Shown here piece after piece: positions 53,261-63,137 of a stretch of 64,000 nucleotides of DNA. Under the pieces are notes generated by a model. That model had not been told where the DNA came from and did not search any database. It worked only from the letters and a program-made list of their open reading frames with translations. Source of the stretch: Comamonadaceae bacterium (lineage in GTDB: Bacteria > Pseudomonadota > Gammaproteobacteria > Burkholderiales > Burkholderiaceae_C); the NCBI GenBank assembly GCA_947373105.1, contig CANBWK010000004.1:1400-65399 (forward strand), read 5' to 3'. The position numbers and the translations under genes were made by a program. How positions within the stretch are numbered: position 1 is the first letter of the stretch; every line of letters begins with the position of its first letter.

Positions 53261-53869
53261 TCAATGCAGGCCTCCATAATTGTCTTCGCGAACGATGCGC
53301 GGCGTGATTTCACGCGGCTCAATGGACACCGGTTCATAAATCACCCGAGCACGTTCGGCGTCGTAACGCATTTCGACGTGACCCGACAGCGGGAAGTCTT
53401 TGCGGAAGGGATGGCCAATGAAACCGTAGTCAGTCAAAATTCGACGCAAGTCGTTATGGCCTTCAAAGACAATGCCGAACAGGTCAAACGCTTCGCGCTC
53501 GTACCAATTGGCTGAGTTCCACAAATCATTGACAGAATCCACCACCGGAAAATCATCATCAGGGCACATCACCATCACGCGAACACGCTGATTCAAGGTC
53601 ACGGACAGCAAATGGGACACAACACCAAAACGAGGCCCTTCACGCCCCACTTCGCGGTAAGCCGAATAATCCATGCCACAAAGGTCCAGCAACTGCTCGA
53701 ACTTGCAGTCATGGGCATCGCGCAAAATGAGCATGGCCGCGACATAATCGGACGCTCGAACAATCACGGTGACTTCACCCAAAGCGACTGACACATCGGT
53801 CGCCTTGTCGCCCAAGGCCGCTACCAAGTTGAGCCTGATTTGTTCAGGATGCAGAGCAATATCGGTCAT
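53261..53869 (-). CDS. nuoC: NADH-quinone oxidoreductase subunit C
   Basis: [22 protein letters not shown]. Confidence 0.96.
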   Translation of the reverse strand: MTDIALHPEQIRLNLVAALGDKATDVSVALGEVTVIVRASDYVAAMLILRDAHDCKFEQLLDLCGMDYSAYREVGREGPRFGVVSHLLSVTLNQRVRVMVMCPDDDFPVVDSVNDLWNSANWYEREAFDLFGIVFEGHNDLRRILTDYGFIGHPFRKDFPLSGHVEMRYDAERARVIYEPVSIEPREITPRIVREDNYGGLH

Positions 53870-53873
53870 GGTT

Positions 53874-54353
53874 TCAGACTCGAGCGATGGTGTGCGTGCG
53901 GCGAATTTTTTGCTGCAACTGAATGATGCCGTAGATCAAGGCTTCGGCGGTTGGCGGGCAGCCGGGCACGTACACGTCGACAGGTACGATGCGGTCGCAA
54001 CCCCGCACGACCGAATAGCTGTAGTGGTAATAACCACCACCATTGGCACAAGAGCCCATGGAAATGACCCAGCGCGGCTCAGACATCTGGTCGTAGACCT
54101 TACGCAAAGCAGGTGCCATTTTGTTGCAAAGGGTCCCCGCCACAATCATCAAATCGGCCTGCCGCGGACTTGCACGAAAAACCTCGGCACCAAAGCGGCC
54201 CAGGTCATACCGGGCGGCCGCTGCATGCATCATCTCGACCGCACAGCAAGCCAGACCAAAGGTCATGGGCCACAGGGAGCCGGTTTTGGCCCAATTCACC
54301 ACCGAGTCGTAACTCGTGGTGATAAAGCCTTCTTTCATCACGCCTTCAATCAT
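53874..54353 (-). CDS. nuoB: NADH-quinone oxidoreductase subunit B
   Basis: [31 protein letters not shown]. Confidence 0.97.
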   Translation of the reverse strand: MIEGVMKEGFITTSYDSVVNWAKTGSLWPMTFGLACCAVEMMHAAAARYDLGRFGAEVFRASPRQADLMIVAGTLCNKMAPALRKVYDQMSEPRWVISMGSCANGGGYYHYSYSVVRGCDRIVPVDVYVPGCPPTAEALIYGIIQLQQKIRRTHTIARV

Positions 54354-54380
54354 TGCATTTATCCTTGTTGAAGCTCGCTG

Positions 54381-54740
54381 TCATTCCCAGTCGAGGGCCC
54401 CTTTTTTCCACTCGTAGACAAAGCCTACGACCAGAATGGCCAAGAAAATCACCACAGCCCCGAAACCAGCCAAACCCACTTCTTTGAGCGCAACCGCCCA
54501 AGGAAAGAGGAAAGCAATTTCGAGGTCAAACAAAATAAAAAGAATTGCCACAAGGTAGTAGCGCACATCAAACTTCATGCGGGCATCTTCAAATGCCTCA
54601 AAGCCACATTCGTATGGGGAGTTTTTTTCGCTATCGGGTCGATTAGGGCCAAGGATATAGCCCAGAACCTGCGGGATGATGCCAATGGCAACGCCGACCA
54701 GGATGAACAAGAGGATGGGTAGGTACTGGTCTAAGTTCAT
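54381..54740 (-). CDS. nuoA: NADH-quinone oxidoreductase subunit A
   Basis: [32 protein letters not shown]. Confidence 0.97.
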   Translation of the reverse strand: MNLDQYLPILLFILVGVAIGIIPQVLGYILGPNRPDSEKNSPYECGFEAFEDARMKFDVRYYLVAILFILFDLEIAFLFPWAVALKEVGLAGFGAVVIFLAILVVGFVYEWKKGALDWE

Positions 54741-54799
54741 CTTGAGAATCGCAAATCACCTATGAAGCACCTGAACGAATTCAGACGCTTCCACATTGT

Positions 54800-54884
54800 T
54801 GGTGCCGTCGGCGAGACTCGAACTCGCACAGCTTTCGCCACTACCCCCTCAAGATAGCGTGTCTACCAATTTCACCACGACGGC
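54800..54884 (-). tRNA. tRNA-Leu (GAG anticodon), 85 nt with encoded CCA
   Basis: GCCGTCG..TGGTAGAC..CTATC-TTGAGGG-GGTAG..GTTCGAGTC..CGACGGC-ACCA; long variable arm; canonical secG-tRNA-Leu-nuoA position. Confidence 0.95.
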
Positions 54885-55042
54885 TGGTTTTGCTTTATTT
54901 CGGCTTGCATGAGGTGCCTGACTTCATTGAAGAACTCAGGCGAGTTGCTTGCCTAAACAACTAGGAGTTTACCCTGAAAACCCACTCATTCCCTGAAGAA
55001 AAAAAGGAATATTTGAGAGCCAATTTGAAGCTGAACGTCAGC

Positions 55043-55423
55043 TTACTTGACAGGTGCTACGGGCGCTGCAGGTGCACCAGAAGCCGCAGGGGCATTGCCC
55101 GGAATTTGAGCGGCGGTGCTGGCATCAACAGGGGCAGGCGCAGTAACGGCGGCGCCTTCAAGCACGCTGCCGGTACTGGCAGGCCGGGCACTGCCAAAAT
55201 ACGCCAACATCAACGTGCAAGTGAAGAACACTGCCGCCAGCACTGCGGTAGTGCGAGACAAAAAGTTGGCACCCCCTGTTGCACCAAATAAACTGCCTGA
55301 CCCGCCACTGCCGAAAGCAGCACCCATGTCAGCGCCCTTGCCGTGTTGAATGAGAATCAGGCCAATCATGGCCAAAGCGGACAACATTTGTGCTGCCAAA
55401 ATGAGGTTGATCATGAGGTTCAT
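55043..55423 (-). CDS. secG: Preprotein translocase subunit SecG
   Basis: LILIQHGKGADMGAAFGSGGSGSLFG...NFLSRTT. Confidence 0.95.
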   Translation of the reverse strand: MNLMINLILAAQMLSALAMIGLILIQHGKGADMGAAFGSGGSGSLFGATGGANFLSRTTAVLAAVFFTCTLMLAYFGSARPASTGSVLEGAAVTAPAPVDASTAAQIPGNAPAASGAPAAPVAPVK

Positions 55424-55446
55424 GGGTTACTCCTATACGTAAACAA

Positions 55447-56211
55447 TCAAGACGCTGTCGCACATTGCGAAGCGGCGGCCATGATGGCCAGGAAATCAGA
55501 AGCTTTCAATGCGGCTCCACCGATCAAACCGCCGTCAATGTCAGGCTGATTGAGCAAGGTCAAGGCATTGGTGGCGTTCATGCTGCCACCGTACAAAATG
55601 GAAATACGGGCCGCCTGTGCGGTGGCCGCATTGAGTTGATGTCTGAGCACTGAATGAACTTGCTGGGCCTCTTCGGGTGTGGCGGTTAAACCCGTACCAA
55701 TCGCCCACACCGGCTCATATGCCACGACGACCTCACTGATGCAATGGCCATTGGTTTGAATGACTGCAGCCAATTGCCGTTTGACAACTTCTTCGGTGCC
55801 ACCCGCACGCCGCTCGGTCAGGGTTTCACCCACGCAAACGATCGGCGTGATGCCGGCTTGCAAAGCACACTGGGCTTTCAAGGCCACATGGAGGTCTTGT
55901 TCGCCATGGTATTGACGCCGCTCTGAATGGCCCACAACCACATACCGAATTCCAAATTCACGCAACATGTCTGCCGAGATTTCACCGGTATAGGCGCCCT
56001 GTTCGTGCATGGAAACGTCTTGCGCACCAAGATCCAAAGCCCGCTGATCATGCAGCATGGCTTGAATTTGAGACAAGTAAACATTGGGTGCACACACCGC
56101 TGCATTCACCTGCAAACCCTCAAGTCCATCCAATACACCGCGCACCAAAGCCTGATTGGCAGCCAAGCTGCCATTCATTTTCCAGTTGCCGACGATCAGC
56201 TTTTTCTTCAT
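55447..56211 (-). CDS. tpiA: Triosephosphate isomerase
   Basis: GNWKMNG, GHSERR, AYEPVWAIGTG, YGGS, GGLIGGA. Confidence 0.97.
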   Translation of the reverse strand: MKKKLIVGNWKMNGSLAANQALVRGVLDGLEGLQVNAAVCAPNVYLSQIQAMLHDQRALDLGAQDVSMHEQGAYTGEISADMLREFGIRYVVVGHSERRQYHGEQDLHVALKAQCALQAGITPIVCVGETLTERRAGGTEEVVKRQLAAVIQTNGHCISEVVVAYEPVWAIGTGLTATPEEAQQVHSVLRHQLNAATAQAARISILYGGSMNATNALTLLNQPDIDGGLIGGAALKASDFLAIMAAASQCATAS

Positions 56212-56268
56212 GCTTGCGTCCAAGTCGTCACCATTTTGACACCGTGCCGATTACTCATTTTTAGACAG

Positions 56269-56298
56269 AACAGGGGCTCCATTGCTGAAGCCCCCGTT
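56269..56298 (-). terminator. Hairpin after pnp (terminator-like)
   Basis: AACGGGGGCTTCA-GCAA-TGGAGCCCCTGTT on the minus strand; weak U-tract. Confidence 0.55.
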
Positions 56299-56314
56299 GA
56301 AACAACCAATGAGA

Positions 56315-58429
56315 TTACTCGCCCGAGTGCGCAGGCGCCCGGTCGATCAAGGCCTTCATTGACAACTTGACACGGCCTTTTTCGTCGGTCTCCATCACTT
56401 TAACTTTCACGATCTGACCTTCGGTCAAATAGTCAGAGACTTTTTCAACACGCTCATGCGCGATCTGGCTGATATGCAACAAACCGTCCTTGCCAGGCAA
56501 CAGGTTGATCAGGGCGCCGAAATCGAGCACCTTGGTCACTGGGCCTTCATAGATCTTGCCGATTTCAACTTCAGCGGTCAGCTGCTCAATCCGGCGCTTG
56601 GCCTCATCAGCTTTGGCGCCGTCAGTTGCAGCGATGGTAATCGTGCCGTCTTCATTGATGTTGATCTGGGTGCCGGTTTCCTCGGTCAGCGCACGGATGG
56701 TGGCGCCGCCCTTGCCAATCACGTCACGAATTTTCTCGGGGTTGATCTTCATGGTGAACAGCTTGGGCGCGAAGTCAGACACTTCGGTCTTGGCTTGACC
56801 CATTGAAGACTGCATGGCTTCCAAGATGTGCATACGGGCTTCTTTGGCTTGCGCCAAAGCAACTTGCATGATCTCTTTGGTGATGCCCTGGATCTTGATG
56901 TCCATCTGCAAAGCAGTGATACCGTTGGTGGTACCGGCCACTTTGAAGTCCATATCGCCCAAGTGATCTTCGTCACCCAAGATATCGGTCAACACAGCAA
57001 AGCGGCTCGCGTCCTTGATCAATCCCATGGCGATACCGGCCACATGGGCTTTCATCGGCACGCCAGCGTCCATCAAGGACAAGCAACCACCGCAGACCGA
57101 AGCCATCGACGAAGAACCATTCGACTCGGTGATTTCGGAGACCACACGCATGGTGTAAGGAAACTCTTCTTTGGTTGGCAATACGGCCACCAATGCACGC
57201 TTGGCCAAACGTCCGTGGCCGATTTCGCGGCGCTTGGTCGAACCCATGCGCCCGACTTCCCCAGTGGCAAAGGGAGGCATGTTGTAGTGCAGCATGAAAC
57301 GGTCTTCGTACTCACCAGCCAAAGCGTCAATGCGCTGGGCATCACGCTCGGTGCCCAAGGTGGTCAACACCAAAGCCTGAGTTTCACCGCGGGTGAACAA
57401 AGACGATCCGTGGGTGCGTGGCAAGACGCTGTTGCGGATTTCGATCGGACGCACAGTGCGGGTGTCGCGACCGTCGATGCGGGGTTCGCCGGCCAAGATC
57501 TGGCTGCGCACGATACCGGCCTCAATGTCGAACAACATGCCTTCCACTTTAACGCCATCAAACTCAACGCCCTGCTCTTTCAAGCTGGCTTTCACGCTGG
57601 CGTAGGCTTCGCGGCAAGCATGGGTTCTGTTTTGCTTATTGCGGATCTGGTAGGCGGCACGCAGTTTTTCTTCAGCCAAAGCATTGACCTTGGCAATCAA
57701 CGGCTCATCTTTGGCTGGGGCTGTCCAGTCCCATGCGGGCTTACCGGCGTCGCGCACCAATTCATGGATGGCTTGAATCGCGATATTGCCTTGCTCGTGG
57801 CCATAAACCACAGCACCCAACATGATTTCTTCGGACAATTGTTGCGCTTCAGACTCAACCATCAACACGGCGGTTTCTGTGCCGGCAACAATCAGTTCCA
57901 TCTGGCTGTCTTTGCGCTGGGTTTGACCCGGATTCAAAACGTATTCGCCGTTGATGTAACCCACGCGGGCTGCGCCGATAGGGCCCGTAAAAGGGATACC
58001 GGAGATGGACAAAGCAGCAGACACAGCGATCATCGCGGCAATGTCAGCATCCACTTCAGGGTTCAGGGACACGGTGTGAATGACCACATGCACGTCGTTG
58101 TAAAAACCTTCGGGAAACAAAGGACGGATCGGACGGTCAATCAGGCGACTGGTCAAAGTCTCCAACTCGCTGGGCTTGGCTTCACGCTTGAAAAAGCTGC
58201 CAGGGATCTTGCCTGCGGCGTAAGCTTTCTCGATGTAGTCCACGGTCAGTGGAAAGAAGTCTTGGCCTGACTTGGCAATTTTCGAGGCCACGACAGTGGC
58301 CAAGACCACAGTGTCTTCGATGTTAACCAGCACGGCGCCGGAAGCTTGACGGGCAATTTCGCCGGTTTCCATGATGACCTTGTGTTGGCCCCACTGGAAA
58401 GTTTTAGTGACTTTGTTGAAAATCGACAT
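56315..58429 (-). CDS. pnp: Polyribonucleotide nucleotidyltransferase
   Basis: [41 protein letters not shown] and S1 domains. Confidence 0.98.
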   Translation of the reverse strand: MSIFNKVTKTFQWGQHKVIMETGEIARQASGAVLVNIEDTVVLATVVASKIAKSGQDFFPLTVDYIEKAYAAGKIPGSFFKREAKPSELETLTSRLIDRPIRPLFPEGFYNDVHVVIHTVSLNPEVDADIAAMIAVSAALSISGIPFTGPIGAARVGYINGEYVLNPGQTQRKDSQMELIVAGTETAVLMVESEAQQLSEEIMLGAVVYGHEQGNIAIQAIHELVRDAGKPAWDWTAPAKDEPLIAKVNALAEEKLRAAYQIRNKQNRTHACREAYASVKASLKEQGVEFDGVKVEGMLFDIEAGIVRSQILAGEPRIDGRDTRTVRPIEIRNSVLPRTHGSSLFTRGETQALVLTTLGTERDAQRIDALAGEYEDRFMLHYNMPPFATGEVGRMGSTKRREIGHGRLAKRALVAVLPTKEEFPYTMRVVSEITESNGSSSMASVCGGCLSLMDAGVPMKAHVAGIAMGLIKDASRFAVLTDILGDEDHLGDMDFKVAGTTNGITALQMDIKIQGITKEIMQVALAQAKEARMHILEAMQSSMGQAKTEVSDFAPKLFTMKINPEKIRDVIGKGGATIRALTEETGTQININEDGTITIAATDGAKADEAKRRIEQLTAEVEIGKIYEGPVTKVLDFGALINLLPGKDGLLHISQIAHERVEKVSDYLTEGQIVKVKVMETDEKGRVKLSMKALIDRAPAHSGE

Positions 58430-58481
58430 GGTTCAGTACTCCTGAAAAATAAGTGCATCTGGCTGCACTGAAAGCCCGGTT

Positions 58482-58564
58482 TTTGACAGTCTGAACACGA
58501 TGCCATTCCACAAGACATCAGCAATGGCTGGTGGAATGACACAGCGCGAGTCCGTTCTGACAAA
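58482..58564 (-). promoter_or_regulatory. Long irregular stem-loop in the pnp leader (candidate RNase III site)
   Basis: TGTCATTCCAC/GTGGAATGGCA core stem extended by CGCG/CGTG and TTTGTCAG/CTGTCAAA. Confidence 0.55.
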
Positions 58565-58596
58565 GTCCGAAAACGCTAACTTTAGAAAAGGACATG

Positions 58597-58636
58597 TACA
58601 AAGCGCCTGAGCTAGCGAGCTAACTCAGGCGCCTTA
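58597..58636 (-). terminator. Hairpin after rpsO (terminator or processing stem)
   Basis: GCGCCTGAGTTAG-CTCG-CTAGCTCAGGCGC followed by TTTG. Confidence 0.6.
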
Positions 58637-58653
58637 TTCATCCGAAGAGACGA

Positions 58654-58920
58654 TTACTTACGCAGGCCAAGTTTGGCAATCAACGCAATGTAACGGTCGG
58701 CATCTCTGGACTTGAGGTAGTCCAGCAATTTACGACGACGGCTCACCATACGCAACAAACCGCGGCGACCATGGTGGTCTTTGGCATGGGTTTTGAAGTG
58801 AGGTGTGAGTTCATTGATACGAGCAGTCAGCAAAGCCACTTGGACTTCTGGACTGCCTGTGTCATTGGCGGCGCGTGCATTGGCCTTGACGACCTCAGCT
58901 TTGATAGAAGATGCAATCAT
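58654..58920 (-). CDS. rpsO: 30S ribosomal protein S15
   Basis: [17 protein letters not shown]...[21 protein letters not shown]. Confidence 0.98.
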   Translation of the reverse strand: MIASSIKAEVVKANARAANDTGSPEVQVALLTARINELTPHFKTHAKDHHGRRGLLRMVSRRRKLLDYLKSRDADRYIALIAKLGLRK

Positions 58921-59038
58921 CTTGATTTCCTTTTATTTCGCAAATTTCCGAAGAAAAAAGCGAGGTTTTTAACTTGCGCTACAGGCTGGATTGGCCCGTA
59001 GCGTGCCGCCTTGCACTGTGCAAAGCCTTGAAATTATA
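58921..59038 (-). promoter_or_regulatory. rpsO promoter (-10 TATAAT at 59033-59038) and structured leader of about 105 nt
   Basis: Three hairpins (59008-59026, 58977-59003, 58938-58963) and an AAGGA Shine-Dalgarno. Confidence 0.6.
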
Positions 59039-59043
59039 ACCTG

Positions 59044-60207
59044 TTACAACCAAACCTTCAGCCGATCGACCCCTTGGACCAAACGGTCAAGGTCTTTGGA
59101 GGCAAAGCACCAGCGCAGCCAACCCTGCGCTTCGGGGGCAAAAGCTTCGCCCGGGGCCAAGCCCAAACCAGCTTCTAAAACCAGCCGTTTGGCCGTAGCC
59201 ACTGAATCCGTATGCCCTTGAAGTTTAAAAAATGCATACATTCCGCCTCGTGCCGGTGCCAACTCGACGCCTGGCACCGCCTGCAAAAGGGGCACCAAGG
59301 TGTCTCGGCACTGCTTGAGGTGCGCCACAACCTGCGGGGTGATGTCCGCTGTGTGCTGCAAGGCCGCGATCCCCGCCCGCTGGGTGAACACCGAAGCACA
59401 TGAGGTATTGAACTCGATCAACTTGCCCATCGGTTGCGTCATGGCAGCAGGCATCACCAACCAGCCCAAACGCCAACCGGTCATGAGAAAACTCTTTGAG
59501 AAACTGTGCACCACCACCAAACGATCGTCAGGCGCGCAGACATCCAGAAAGGACGGCGCGGCTCCGTTGAACGTGTCGTTTTCGTAATAGAGTCGCTCAT
59601 ACACCTCGTCGGCCAAAATCCAGGTGCCGGTTTGACGGCAATGGGCCACCAAAACTTCTTGCTCCTGACGCGTCAAGGTCCAACCCGTGGGGTTATTGGG
59701 CGAATTGACAATCAACAAGCGCGTGCTTGGTGTAATGCTCGAAAGCAACGCCTTCATGTCCAGCACCCACTGACCCTGGACGGGCATCAATGAGACGCAC
59801 TTCAGATGAGCGCCCATAACCAAGGCTTGTGACGTCAAATTAGGCCAAACCGGCGTGACTGCGACGACCTCATCACCCGCATCCACCAAGGCCTGCACTG
59901 CCAGCATCAAAGCGTTAACGCCACCTGAAGTGATGGCCAAACGCTCTACGCCAATGGGGCCATGCAAAGCGCTCATGTAAGTCGAGACCGCCTCTCTCAG
60001 CTCGGGCATCCCCAGGTTATGGGCGTAAAAGGTCTCGCCCTGGTTGATCGAATCGATCGCCGCTTGGCGCACCACCTGGGGGGTGACCTCGTCGCTCTCG
60101 CCAAACCAAAAGGCCAGCACATCACTGCGGCCCATTCCAGCATTGGCCACTTCGCGAATGCGGGACTCTTCAACATCGAGAATGGTTTGGCGCAGAAACG
60201 GCTTCAT
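59044..60207 (-). CDS. PLP-dependent aminotransferase class I/II
   Basis: NSPNNPTG, ADEVY, SFSKSFLMTGWRLG (Schiff-base Lys), GWLRWCFA. Confidence 0.9.
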   Translation of the reverse strand: MKPFLRQTILDVEESRIREVANAGMGRSDVLAFWFGESDEVTPQVVRQAAIDSINQGETFYAHNLGMPELREAVSTYMSALHGPIGVERLAITSGGVNALMLAVQALVDAGDEVVAVTPVWPNLTSQALVMGAHLKCVSLMPVQGQWVLDMKALLSSITPSTRLLIVNSPNNPTGWTLTRQEQEVLVAHCRQTGTWILADEVYERLYYENDTFNGAAPSFLDVCAPDDRLVVVHSFSKSFLMTGWRLGWLVMPAAMTQPMGKLIEFNTSCASVFTQRAGIAALQHTADITPQVVAHLKQCRDTLVPLLQAVPGVELAPARGGMYAFFKLQGHTDSVATAKRLVLEAGLGLAPGEAFAPEAQGWLRWCFASKDLDRLVQGVDRLKVWL

Positions 60208-60314
60208 GGGCTGGCGTGCTTTCAAAGAGACCACATGGTAACGGAAATAGGCATTGGCAAAGTACCCATTCGTTTCTATGATGAGAGTACAAAAACACAG
60301 TCAGGGAGAACATC

Positions 60315-60566
60315 ATGCGCAGCTCATGGACCGCCACGAAAACGCTCGTCACCACCATACTCTTGGCCACTTTCATTGCACACACGTGTGGGGTCCAAGC
60401 CAACAGCAATGACCAATTTGCGACCGAAGCCGTTAAACGCACAAAAACGCCCAAGCCCAAACAAGACAAAGGCTATGGCGAGACCATCAAAGAGCGTGAT
60501 CGCCGATTGCTCCGTGAATGCAAAGGCCGACCCAATGCGGGGGCTTGTGAAGGGTTCGCCAGTTAA
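60315..60566 (+). CDS. Small predicted secreted protein with a two-Cys C-terminus
   Basis: GGGAG Shine-Dalgarno, signal-peptide-like N-terminus, ...ERDRRLLRECKGRPNAGACEG. Confidence 0.55.
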   Translation: MRSSWTATKTLVTTILLATFIAHTCGVQANSNDQFATEAVKRTKTPKPKQDKGYGETIKERDRRLLRECKGRPNAGACEGFAS

Positions 60567-60580
60567 AGGGGCCTGCACAT

Positions 60581-61009
60581 GTGCACAATACGCCCATGAA
60601 CTCCATGCGGATTGACAAATGGCTGTGGGCAGCGCGGTTTTTTAAAACCCGCTCTTTAGCCACCGATGAAATCAACAAAGGCCGAATCCAAGTCAATGGC
60701 TTGGTGGCCAAGCCTTCACGTGAAGTCAAAGCCCAAGACAATGTTGTGATTCGACAAGGCGACATGACGCGCACGATCGTGGTTCAAGCTTTAAGTCAGG
60801 TGCGTGGGCCAGCGCCTGTGGCGCAGGCTTTGTACCAAGAAACACCCGACAGTGTGACCCTTCGCGAAAAGTTGATGGAACAACGCAAACTGGCTCGCGA
60901 ACCCGCGCTCAGCATTGAGCATGGCAGGCCGACCAAACGCGACCGTCGTGAGCTGCAACGTGCAGGCCATAACTGGAATGACCGTTGGTCAGCGTCAGTG
61001 GACGAATAA
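60581..61009 (+). CDS. hslR: S4-domain heat shock protein Hsp15
   Basis: MRIDKWLWAARFFKTRSLA, RGPAPVAQALY.ET, GRPTKRDRR; start could be 60596 or 60605. Confidence 0.9.
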   Translation: MHNTPMNSMRIDKWLWAARFFKTRSLATDEINKGRIQVNGLVAKPSREVKAQDNVVIRQGDMTRTIVVQALSQVRGPAPVAQALYQETPDSVTLREKLMEQRKLAREPALSIEHGRPTKRDRRELQRAGHNWNDRWSASVDE

Positions 61010-61117
61010 ATCCCTTCCTATCGGTCCCGCAGACGACAAAAACAAGGCCTGCCAAAGGGTTTTTACCATCGTCTGAACGAAGAGCTCGACCTACATTTTG
61101 CCCAAGGAGAAACCCCG

Positions 61118-62119
61118 ATGTCTATTGCCTTTCAAAACCACTCAAGCGCACCATCTTGGCGTCGCCGTGGCCTGAACCTTTCTTTGGTGGCTGCAGTCTT
61201 TTTAAGCTGCACGCTCAGTCAAGCCCAAACCTTTCCAGCCAAACCCATCCGATTGGTCGTGACGTTCACCCCCGGCGGTGCACCAGATATTTTGGCCCGC
61301 CTGTTCAGCGAGAAATCCCAACTCGGTCAAAGCGTGATCGTCGACAACAAACCCGGTGCGGGCGGCAATATCGGGGCCGATGTGGTGGCCAAGTCACCTG
61401 GCGATGGCTACACCCTGGTCATGGGTACCGTGGGCACACATTCGATCAACGGCGCACTCTACGACAAAATGCCGTACGACATGGTGAAGAACTTCACCCC
61501 CATTTCGCTCATCGCTTCGGCCCCCAACCTGCTCGTGGTGAACAACGACTTGCCGGTCAAGTCGGTGCCGGAGTTGATCGCTTACATGAAGGCCAACCCC
61601 AATAAACTGTCTTTTGGCTCACCAGGTACCGGTACTTCGGTCCACGTTTCTGGTGAGTTGTTCAAGTCGATGACGGGCACAACGATGACCCACATTCCCT
61701 ACAAGGGCCGTCAATTTGCCATTCCAGATTTGGTAGGCGGCAGCATCCAATTGATGTTTGACAATATGCCTTCAGCACTGCCCATGGCGAAAGAAGGCAA
61801 GATCCGTGCGCTGGCCCAAACCACGGCCAAGCGCTCTCCTGCTGCCCCCGATGTACCGACCATGAATGAGTTTGTGCCCGGTTTTGAAGCCACCACCTGG
61901 TTTGCCATGTTTGCGCCCGCCAATACGCCACGCGCAGTGATCGATAAACTGAACGCCGAAGTCCTGCGTGTTTTCAAATTGCCCGATGTACAAGATCGAC
62001 TGAAAACACTGGGCTTGGACCCGGTCATGTCCTCGCCCGATGAGCTCGCGCGTTACCAAGCGACCGAAATCGCAAAATGGGCCAAAGTGGTCAAAGAATC
62101 CGGCGCCAAAGCCGAATAA
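61118..62119 (+). CDS. Bug/TctC solute-binding protein
   Basis: VTFTPGGAPDILAR, FGSPGTGTSVH, HIPYKG. Confidence 0.9.
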   Translation: MSIAFQNHSSAPSWRRRGLNLSLVAAVFLSCTLSQAQTFPAKPIRLVVTFTPGGAPDILARLFSEKSQLGQSVIVDNKPGAGGNIGADVVAKSPGDGYTLVMGTVGTHSINGALYDKMPYDMVKNFTPISLIASAPNLLVVNNDLPVKSVPELIAYMKANPNKLSFGSPGTGTSVHVSGELFKSMTGTTMTHIPYKGRQFAIPDLVGGSIQLMFDNMPSALPMAKEGKIRALAQTTAKRSPAAPDVPTMNEFVPGFEATTWFAMFAPANTPRAVIDKLNAEVLRVFKLPDVQDRLKTLGLDPVMSSPDELARYQATEIAKWAKVVKESGAKAE

Positions 62120-62146
62120 TTACCCAACATCATTCAAGGAGTTTCA

Positions 62147-63133
62147 GTGTCTTCATCTTCATCTTCAGTTCCACGTCGTCAAGTCTTACAAGCCGGCTTG
62201 GCTGGCGCTGCCAGCATCGCCCTGCCCGCTTTGGCGCAAAGCAACTTTCCTTCACGTCCCATCAAATTAATTTGCCCTTGGCCGGCTGGTGGCTCCACGG
62301 ATGCGATCATGCGTTCACTGGCTGAGAGCGCCTCGCGGATCATGAACAACCCGGTCATCATTGAAAACAAGGGCGGCGCAGGCGGCATGCTCGGCCCCAA
62401 TGAATTGGTCAGCGCCAAGCCCGATGGCTACACCTTGACGCAACTGCCCATTGGTATTTTCCGCATACCTCATATGCAAAAAACGCAGTTCGACCCTCTG
62501 ATTGACATCACCTATGTGATTTGTCTGACCGGTTACACCTACGGCATTGTGGTCCGCTCTGACTCGCCCATCAAAAGCATCAAAGACTTGGTGGCTTACG
62601 CCAAAGCCAAGCCTGGTGAATTCACCTTCGGCTCCACCGGCAACGGCACCACACCGCATTTGGCGGTGGAAGAGTTCGCACTCAAGGCGGGCATCAAGCT
62701 GCAGCATGTGCCTTTCAAGGGCAATGCCGAAGGCATGCAAGCACTTTTGGGCGGACATGTCATGTCGCACAGCGACGCCACCGGGTGGGGCCAACATGTC
62801 GATGCAGGTACCTGCCGTCTGCTCGCCACCTATGGCACCAAACGCACCAAACGCTGGCCTGCCGTGCCCACGCTGAACGAGTTGGGCTACGACACAGCAT
62901 CTGATTCGCCATTTGGCATTGGTGCGCCCAAGGGCATGGACCCTGCTGTCACGCGCAAATTACACGACGCCTTCAAAGCCACGCTGGAAGACCCTAAGGT
63001 GTTAGCGTCCTTCGAAAAATTCGACCAGCCGGTGATCTACATGAACACCGAGGAATACACCAAGTACGCGCGTGAAACTTTCCCGAAAGAAAGAAAACTC
63101 ATCGAACAATTAGGCTATTTGAAGCCAGCTTGA
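62147..63133 (+). CDS. Bug/TctC solute-binding protein (Tat-like signal)
   Basis: PRRQVLQAG, CPWPAGGSTD, GSTGNGTTPHL, HVPFKGNAE. Confidence 0.9.
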   Translation: MSSSSSSVPRRQVLQAGLAGAASIALPALAQSNFPSRPIKLICPWPAGGSTDAIMRSLAESASRIMNNPVIIENKGGAGGMLGPNELVSAKPDGYTLTQLPIGIFRIPHMQKTQFDPLIDITYVICLTGYTYGIVVRSDSPIKSIKDLVAYAKAKPGEFTFGSTGNGTTPHLAVEEFALKAGIKLQHVPFKGNAEGMQALLGGHVMSHSDATGWGQHVDAGTCRLLATYGTKRTKRWPAVPTLNELGYDTASDSPFGIGAPKGMDPAVTRKLHDAFKATLEDPKVLASFEKFDQPVIYMNTEEYTKYARETFPKERKLIEQLGYLKPA

Positions 63134-63137
63134 CAAC

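Noticed and set aside
54800-54884. tRNA-Leu as an integration site
   Set aside because: No duplicated 3' end or foreign genes; the native secG-tRNA-nuoA order is intact.
56828-58270. 480-aa plus-strand ORF over pnp
   Set aside because: In-register antisense shadow of a highly expressed gene; no domain signal.
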